In this document: positions 58,375 through 64,000 of the stretch, in pieces
How positions within the stretch are numbered: position 1 is the stretch's first letter
Layout: every line of letters begins with the position of its first letter
Source of the DNA: Oscillospiraceae bacterium
GTDB lineage: Bacteria > Bacillota > Clostridia > Oscillospirales > Acutalibacteraceae
NCBI GenBank assembly: GCA_015066565.1
Contig: SVOB01000003.1
Location: 2,291-66,290, forward strand
Length of the DNA stretch: 64,000 nucleotides
Direction: 5' to 3'
The notes under the pieces: generated by a model
The model's input: only the letters and a program-made list of their open reading frames with translations
Databases searched by the model: none
What the model was told of the DNA's origin: nothing
Translations under genes and position numbers: made by a program

Positions 58375-58743
58375 TTTTTTACTCCCTTTTTTGAATTAAA
58401 TCTGCATTTATATTATACCATAAAATGCATTATTCTTCAACATATAATCGGTGCTTATAAGATAAGCAAATAAACCCGTGACAGATTATCGGTGGACGGT
58501 ATGCGATCTGTTGATACACGATAAGCGATCCGGGATACCGCTGTCTCATGGACCGCGTGCTTGGGATTTCATACATAGTGTTAAATATTAAATTAAATCA
58601 ATAGCCCTTTTATTCAGTCGCTGGGGATATATAATAACAAGATGAAGATTAACAAATTCAGCATGTTCTACTTGGGCAGAATTTCTTCTGGACTTTTGCA
58701 AACTTGTGTGGTATTTGTTTGTGTTACAAAGGAGGTAATGCAA

Positions 58744-59010
58744 ATGAGTATTATAGATGAGCTTTGGAACGGCAATATAATTCCGTGTGCTGAAATCAAA
58801 GTCAAGGGAGATCCCGAATATGATCACGCACTGTTCTGCTATGGGGAATCACAGGAAAAACTAACGAAATCAATGACAGATGAACAGAAAGCACTTTGTG
58901 ATAAGTTTATTAAAGACAGCGAATTGTTATCAACTGTACTTGAAAGAGCCGCATTCAGAAAAGGATTCTGTCTCGGAATAAAGATTATGACAGAAGTCCC
59001 GAATGAATAA
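58744..59010 (+). CDS. Small conserved mobile-element protein (ELWNGNI... family)
   Basis: MSIIDELWNGNIIPCAE...AFRKGFCLGIKIM resembles small proteins seen in Firmicutes conjugative/mobilizable elements. ATG 58744 lies 8 nt after GGAGG. Confidence 0.5.
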   Translation: MSIIDELWNGNIIPCAEIKVKGDPEYDHALFCYGESQEKLTKSMTDEQKALCDKFIKDSELLSTVLERAAFRKGFCLGIKIMTEVPNE

Positions 59011-59034
59011 AAACACAAGCACGGTCAAAAACCC

Positions 59035-59062
59035 TTGACAAATAATTCTATTATGTTATAAT
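59035..59062 (+). promoter_or_regulatory. Strong sigma-A type promoter inside the IME
   Basis: TTGACA (59035-40), 16 nt, extended -10 TGTTATAAT (59054-62). Confidence 0.65.
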
Positions 59063-59419
59063 CAACACACAAGGTGAATATCGGTCCGTTGTATTAACGG
59101 AAATATTAACCCCTTATCCGTTTCGGACGAGGGGTTTATTGTACCCGAAAAAAAGAGAATAATAACGGAAAGATGAAAGCCACTTGAGCGAGCGTAAACA
59201 AAGCGCTTGTGAAGGTGGCTTTCGGCATTCCTTCAAACCGAATTTACCGAGTGAAAAACAAAACCGATAAAGGATGATTAATGAATTAAGTTAAATAAAA
59301 AGCCGAGACAATTTAATAGTGCCGTTGGTAAACGGAGGGTTTAGCGTCGAATTAGCGCAGGTCCCCAAAGTAGTCTGTCCTTTTTTAAAAAGTGAGAAAT
59401 AAAAACAGGAGTGATAAAG

Positions 59420-59632
59420 ATGAAAGAACAGGAATTTAATTCCTTCGAAGATATGCCGATGACGATATCGGTTTCTCAGTTGGCGAAGGCGCTTTCCATT
59501 TCAAGAACAAGCGCCTATCAGCTGACAGAAGAAAAAGATTTTCCGAGTATAAAAATAAAAGGTCGCACGGTGATATTCCGTGATGAACTTATCAAATGGA
59601 AGAACAGAAAACTGGAGGAGAAAAAGAAGTGA
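59420..59632 (+). CDS. Excisionase-like helix-turn-helix DNA-binding protein
   Basis: ISVSQLAKALSISRTSAYQL...RTVIFRDELIKW (MerR/Xis-type HTH). ATG 59420 lies 8 nt after AGGAG. Confidence 0.7.
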   Translation: MKEQEFNSFEDMPMTISVSQLAKALSISRTSAYQLTEEKDFPSIKIKGRTVIFRDELIKWKNRKLEEKKK

Positions 59633-59976
59633 AAAACTTTTATACGATGGATAATAACATTTTTAATTTGGGGCTGGATGCGTATGAATTTCAGATTTAT
59701 TCCTACCTCGTTTCATGTGCAGGAAAGGATGCGGTTTGCTGGCCCAGCTTAAATACAATCGCAGGGCTGCTCGGTATGTCCACCAATACCGTAATCCGTA
59801 AAATTGATTTGCTCATACGCAAGGGCTTCATAGAAAAGGAAGGAACCACAAGCTTGTGCAAAAACGGTAAAATTCGGACAAGTAATAACCGATATTATAT
59901 TCAGCCGTTTGAGGAAGTCTGGGACAGGTATTTCAGATTTAATCCTGTCGGAAGAGATAACACCCGTGCAAGCTGA
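59629..59976 (+). CDS. Winged-helix DNA-binding protein (replication/maintenance-like)
   Basis: YSYLVSCAGKDAVCWPSLNTIAGLLGMSTNTVIRKIDLLIRKGFIEKEG. GTG 59629 overlaps the xis stop (GTGA); the alternative ATG is at 59647. Confidence 0.55.
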   Translation: MKNFYTMDNNIFNLGLDAYEFQIYSYLVSCAGKDAVCWPSLNTIAGLLGMSTNTVIRKIDLLIRKGFIEKEGTTSLCKNGKIRTSNNRYYIQPFEEVWDRYFRFNPVGRDNTRAS

Positions 59977-60207
59977 AAAATCTATTACAGGGGCATTTGT
60001 GAGCGTTTTACGGAAAATCGTTTCACGGCTCTACAGACGGACGGATGTGCGCATTCTCCGATATTATCGGAAGCAGGATAAAGGCAAGGCGTCTGTGCCG
60101 ACACCTTTCCGCATCACATCAGACGGCAGAGCCGACTGTTACGGGGGTTCCGAAAGCGACAAAAGTGAGTCTCTGTATTTCAACTAAGAAAAAGGAGGTT
60201 TTACAAA

Positions 60208-60615
60208 ATGTATGAAAAGAGAATAAGAAAAACATACAATATCGAACCCTCGGTTTATGAAGATATGGGAAACTATCTCAAAAAAGCGGGAGTGGAAGAT
60301 AAAGCAAGTTTTGTCAGAAAGGCGATTGATTTTTACATCAACTATCTTCGGGTGAATGAGAGCGTGGATTTCATAGCGCCTCTCATAAATGATGTGATTA
60401 AAAACAATCTTAACTACTTTGAAACAAATATGAGTGAAATGCTTTTCAAGGTGGCAGTTGAGGTCTCAAAACAGAATATTACACTCGCCCGTGCAGCCGA
60501 ATTCAGTTACGATGAACGGAAAGAAATCAACAAGGAAGCGTGCAAAGTTGTATCGGAAAACAACGGTATCCTTGATTATGAAAATGCGTTTTATTACTAC
60601 GGAGATGATGACTGA
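60208..60615 (+). CDS. Ribbon-helix-helix relaxosome accessory protein (MobC-like role)
   Basis: N-terminal RHH pattern KRIRKTYNIEPSVYEDMGNYLKK...FVRKAIDFYI. Stop overlaps the relaxase start. Confidence 0.45.
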   Translation: MYEKRIRKTYNIEPSVYEDMGNYLKKAGVEDKASFVRKAIDFYINYLRVNESVDFIAPLINDVIKNNLNYFETNMSEMLFKVAVEVSKQNITLARAAEFSYDERKEINKEACKVVSENNGILDYENAFYYYGDDD

Positions 60616-61982
60616 TGGCAAAGTTTATTCTGAAAACTCTGTACTACAGGAACCATTCTTCCTTCGGTAAATTCGTTCAGTATATCGGTACGAGGGAGGG
60701 CGTTGAGAAACTGCCTGAGGGCAAGGATATGAATCCTGCGACAAAGAAACAGCAGGAGCTTGTTAACAGCATTGTGAATCGTTTCCCCGAAACAAAAAAG
60801 TATCCCGAATACGCTGAGTATAAACTGAAAAGCACAAAGTCAAACGCCGCCGAGTTCATTGAAACGGTGATAGAAAATGACTTTGAAGGCGCGGAAAATC
60901 TCAAAGGGCTTATGAACTATATTGCAGAGCGACCGGGCGTTGAAAAACTCGGTTCTCACGGTTTGTTTTCACAGAGGGATGAGAAGATTGATCTCAAAAA
61001 GACCGCCGAAAGAGTCGCCGAGCATAACGGTATTGTCTGGAGTCATGTGTTGAGTCTTAACCGTGAAGATGCAGAGCGATTGGGATACAACAAAGCACAA
61101 GCGTGGAAAAGAATGTTACGAAGAAATATGATTGAGATTGCAAGAGCGCATCAGATTAAGCCGACAGACCTTGAGTGGTATGCGGCGTATCATGGCACAG
61201 CCTATCATCCGCATGTGCATCTGATTGTTTTCTCAAAAGACGGTCAGGGATTCCTGAAAAAGGACGATATAAAGAAACTGAAAAAGCTCTTTGCAAATGA
61301 CATTTTCAGAGAAGAGCAACACAAGCTGTTTGTTGATCAGACTCAGGTTCGTGATGAACTTAAGGATGAAGCAAACGAGTATATTGATAAGATACTTCAC
61401 AATCCCGATTACACATATTTCACCCCGAAACTGCAGGAACTGTTTCCGATTCTCAAAGAACAGTTATCACAGCTTGACGGCAAGAAAAGCTACGGTTATC
61501 TTCCGAAAAGTGTTAAGAAAACGGTTGACGAAATCCTTGATGAAGTGCTAAAAAGCAATGAGAATTTGAAGAATCTTTATCATAAGTGGAATGAAATAAA
61601 CCGTGAAAAGCTCTCACTCTACTACGACAGCAGTAAGGATGAGGATATCCCGATAACCGAGAATAAGGAATTCCGTTCGGTAAAGAATGCAATAATCAAA
61701 CTTGCTTTGAGTACCGATATGTCAAAAGACTATTGGTGGGAAGAGTATCATACGGGAAGTGAAGGTTATGATTATTCCGAGCGTATTACAACAGGAATAA
61801 TCGGTATGATAATGGGCATTATTGCTTCGAGTGCCTCGAATAAACTGAAAAATCTCGGTCTTCAGAGCCGAAAGCACAGCACCGATAAAAAGCAGAGACA
61901 GAAGATACGGGAAAAGAAAATGGCAATGGGGCATCACCCGAAAGACGAGGACGAAGATGATGGGTTTACAATGTCAATGTAA
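60615..61982 (+). CDS. MobL-type (MOBP-like) relaxase
   Basis: N-terminal YIGTREGVEKL, ERPGVEKLGSHGLFS, histidine triad YHGTAYHPHVHLIVFS. Confidence 0.8.
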   Translation: MAKFILKTLYYRNHSSFGKFVQYIGTREGVEKLPEGKDMNPATKKQQELVNSIVNRFPETKKYPEYAEYKLKSTKSNAAEFIETVIENDFEGAENLKGLMNYIAERPGVEKLGSHGLFSQRDEKIDLKKTAERVAEHNGIVWSHVLSLNREDAERLGYNKAQAWKRMLRRNMIEIARAHQIKPTDLEWYAAYHGTAYHPHVHLIVFSKDGQGFLKKDDIKKLKKLFANDIFREEQHKLFVDQTQVRDELKDEANEYIDKILHNPDYTYFTPKLQELFPILKEQLSQLDGKKSYGYLPKSVKKTVDEILDEVLKSNENLKNLYHKWNEINREKLSLYYDSSKDEDIPITENKEFRSVKNAIIKLALSTDMSKDYWWEEYHTGSEGYDYSERITTGIIGMIMGIIASSASNKLKNLGLQSRKHSTDKKQRQKIREKKMAMGHHPKDEDEDDGFTMSM

Positions 61983-62051
61983 ATTAAATAATATTTGTCT
62001 GGATATTCTCAAAAACGTGTGGTATTGTGTGTGCTTGAAAGGGGTGATAAA

Positions 62052-63266
62052 ATGCAAAGAAAACTACTGACAAGCGGAAATGTATTCAAACGGACAGACG
62101 GTCGCTGGGGAGGTGTTGTATGGTATCTGGACGAAGACGGAGAACGCAAAAGAAAATCGTTCTCAGGCACAACCAAATCAGAGGTCAACGGAAAAATAAC
62201 CGACTATATAGCACTGTTTCAAGCCGAGCTTGAAAACTCCAAAGTGATAAACCAAAAGCTGTCAGTTGCAATAACCGAATGGCTTGAAGTATTTAAGTTT
62301 CCTGCCGTTGAGCGTGTAACATATGACCGATGCGAACAGATATTCCAAAATCAGATTGAACCGTATCTCGGAAACAAAATCGTATCGAATATAACTGCCG
62401 CAGATATCAAAAAACTCATTACAGAGCTTACGAACAAAGGTTATTCATACTCAACTGTCAAACAGTCGCATAATCTTCTGAAAGAATTCTTCAGATATCT
62501 TGAATATGAGGAGCTGCTTGCAAAGAATCCTATGAGGCATGTGAATATGCCGAAGAAACAGAATTTTCTATCCTCACAGGGCAAGAAGTATCAGCCGACT
62601 TGTGAAACGGTTACAGTGTTTACTCACGAAGAAATAGAACTGTTTAAGGCGGAAGCGTACAAGTGTTATCCAACGGGAACGCCGAAACACGAATTACCGG
62701 GCGTATATATTCTGATGCTGAATACAGGCTTGAGAACGGGCGAAGTGCTTGGACTGCGCAACAGTGACATAGACCTTGCGAACAAAGTGCTGCATATTGA
62801 ACAGGCTGTCAAAGAGCAGAATAAGCGTGAAGGCACAAAGAAAATCGACGGCAGAGAACTTGCAGTCGGGAGACCGAAAACAAAGACGAGCATAAGAACA
62901 GTTCCGTTAAATGATGCTGCAATTAAGGCAATAAATGAAATCCGCACAGAACGGTATTTCGGAGAGAACGCTCCTCTTGTAGCCGATAATAATGGCGGAT
63001 ACACAAGACCTGTCAACCTGAGAAAGCGTTTCGGCAGAATCCTTGAACAGGCAGGTATTGAAAGGAAAGGACTACATGCTTTGCGACACACCTTCGCAAC
63101 TACGCTCATAAACGGCATAAAACAACCTGACGGAACAATCAAATCCCTCTCACCAAAAGAGGTGGCAGACATTCTCGGACACACCACATCGGAGATAACC
63201 GAAATGTACTATGTTCGCAAAGACACCTCCCGATTAGTCGGCATAACAGACGGATTTGAGATGTGA
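62052..63266 (+). CDS. Tyrosine site-specific integrase
   Basis: Catalytic residues in context (TGLRTGEVLGLR, HALRHTFAT, LGHTTSEITEMYY). ATG 62052 follows GGGGTGA. Confidence 0.9.
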   Translation: MQRKLLTSGNVFKRTDGRWGGVVWYLDEDGERKRKSFSGTTKSEVNGKITDYIALFQAELENSKVINQKLSVAITEWLEVFKFPAVERVTYDRCEQIFQNQIEPYLGNKIVSNITAADIKKLITELTNKGYSYSTVKQSHNLLKEFFRYLEYEELLAKNPMRHVNMPKKQNFLSSQGKKYQPTCETVTVFTHEEIELFKAEAYKCYPTGTPKHELPGVYILMLNTGLRTGEVLGLRNSDIDLANKVLHIEQAVKEQNKREGTKKIDGRELAVGRPKTKTSIRTVPLNDAAIKAINEIRTERYFGENAPLVADNNGGYTRPVNLRKRFGRILEQAGIERKGLHALRHTFATTLINGIKQPDGTIKSLSPKEVADILGHTTSEITEMYYVRKDTSRLVGITDGFEM

Positions 63267-63298
63267 AAATCAAACGGAAAACTTAATAAAAATAAATG

Positions 63299-63347
63299 AT
63301 CCCCACCCCGAATTACACAATTTGGGGTGGGGTTTTGTCTTTTTTTG
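63299..63347 (+). terminator. Integrase terminator
   Basis: CCCCACCCCGAATT-acaca-ATTTGGGGTGGGG followed by T runs. Confidence 0.8.
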
Positions 63348-63530
63348 TACCTAATTATGTCGAATTTTGCAATAACACTTGACAATAAATTAATCACTGG
63401 TAGTTTAAAAGTCGGTGTAAAGTCCGACAATTGGTACATAGCAAGGGCTTAAGCGATTTTCGTGTTGTAAAATGTTGAAAATTATGGTATTATAATAAGT
63501 TGAAAAGTTATAGTTCATTGGAGGCACATT

Positions 63531-64000
63531 ATGGCTGAAAAAACACAGGCAAATATAGGATTTGAAAATAAACTCTGGGATGCTGCATGTCTTCTTTGGG
63601 GACACATCCCGGCTACCGAATATCGTAATGTTATTACTGGATTGATTTTCTTAAGATATATATCAAATGCATTCGATAAGAAGTATAACGAGCTTGTCGC
63701 TGAAGGCGATGGATTCGAAGATGACAGAGATGCATACGAAGAAGACAATATTTTCTTCGTTCCTGCTGAGGCTAGGTGGTCTGTGATTTCAGATGCAGCT
63801 CATACACCTGAAATCGGTAAGGTTATAGATAATGCCATGAGAGCCATTGAAAGCGAGAACAAATCGCTGAAAAATGTTCTTCCCAAAAACTATGCTCAGG
63901 AAGATTTAGATAAAAATATCCTTGGTGATGTCGTTGACCTTTTCTCAAATATCGATATGGATAGCACAGAAAACAGCCAGGATCTTTTAGGCAGAACTTA
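63531..64000 (+). CDS. hsdM: Type I restriction-modification methyltransferase subunit (N-terminal part; continues beyond window)
   Basis: Own translation from ATG 63531, 7 nt after GGAGG: MAEKTQANIGFENKLWDAACLLWGHIPATEYRNVITGLIFLRYISNAFDKKY... This is the classic HsdM N-terminal domain. The frame is open to the window end and is absent from the ORF track. Confidence 0.85.
   Translation, partial: MAEKTQANIGFENKLWDAACLLWGHIPATEYRNVITGLIFLRYISNAFDKKYNELVAEGDGFEDDRDAYEEDNIFFVPAEARWSVISDAAHTPEIGKVIDNAMRAIESENKSLKNVLPKNYAQEDLDKNILGDVVDLFSNIDMDSTENSQDLLGRT

Larger units (their letters stand above)
58744..63347 (+). mobile_element. Integrative mobilizable element core (Xis-like, wHTH, RHH, MobL-type relaxase, tyrosine integrase); exact ends undetermined
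   Basis: Co-oriented module ending with the integrase gene and its terminator. Confidence 0.6.
57116..64000. mobile_element. Genomic island abutting the tRNA-Trp fragment (fic, IME, type I R-M); right end beyond window
   Basis: att-like tRNA fragment at the left edge, visibly more AT-rich sequence, and mobility and defence genes. Confidence 0.5.

Noticed and set aside
59909-60187. 92-aa ORF in the ORF track between the wHTH gene and the RHH gene
   Set aside because: It has no RBS, overlaps the preceding gene, has an odd basic/low-complexity composition, and occupies the position expected for oriT. Treated as non-coding.
63395-63445. tRNA-like TAGTTTAA / hairpin GTCGG-tgtaaag-TCCGAC downstream of the integrase as a possible att/tRNA
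   Set aside because: No cloverleaf can be drawn and there is no similarity to the tRNA-Trp fragment at 57069-57115.
58375-63530. Direct repeats marking IME attL/attR
   Set aside because: Only 8-10 nt matches were found by eye (TAAGCGAT; TTATGGTAT). The latter is explained by extended -10 promoter boxes of fic and hsdM. Not accepted as att cores.

Overview
All calls come from reading the sequence and the ORF track by eye; no searches were run, so family names rest on motif recognition. The window looks like chromosomal DNA of a sporulating Bacillota/Clostridia organism. A gut Oscillospiraceae/Ruminococcaceae-like origin is a guess only.

Positions 1-54.5 kb are mostly core genes:
- Housekeeping: nadE, ybaK, rplU-prp-rpmA, rsmA, the darA-holB-ricT cluster, ferredoxin, citrate synthase, an aroE-aroK fusion and spoIID.
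- Regulation and uptake: an OmpR/His-kinase pair and a Zur-controlled znuABC-type operon.
- Carbohydrate genes: GH51, glgP, two GH13, GH4 and a GH127-like gene.
- Secreted hydrolases.

Positions 54.5-64 kb are accessory and more AT-rich by eye. This stretch holds single-gene modules separated by a TTGATGCT-rich repeat family and a scrapyard of palindromic repeats. It also holds a displaced tRNA-Trp 3' fragment (an att-like scar) and a Fic protein with a non-canonical active-site motif. A small integrative mobilizable element follows (Xis-like HTH, wHTH, RHH, MobL-type relaxase, tyrosine integrase). A type I R-M hsdM runs off the window end and is absent from the ORF track.

The most unusual signal is two families of small elements that sit inside rho-independent terminators:
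- A DUF559-endonuclease unit with 47-nt terminal inverted repeats and a 10-bp target-site duplication, plus a 132-bp protein-less derivative and a solo arm.
- A 31-nt palindromic unit present three times. Two copies are inverted and bracket a 290-bp segment that splits an otherwise perfect terminator stem.

No CRISPR array, rRNA gene or intact tRNA gene was seen.
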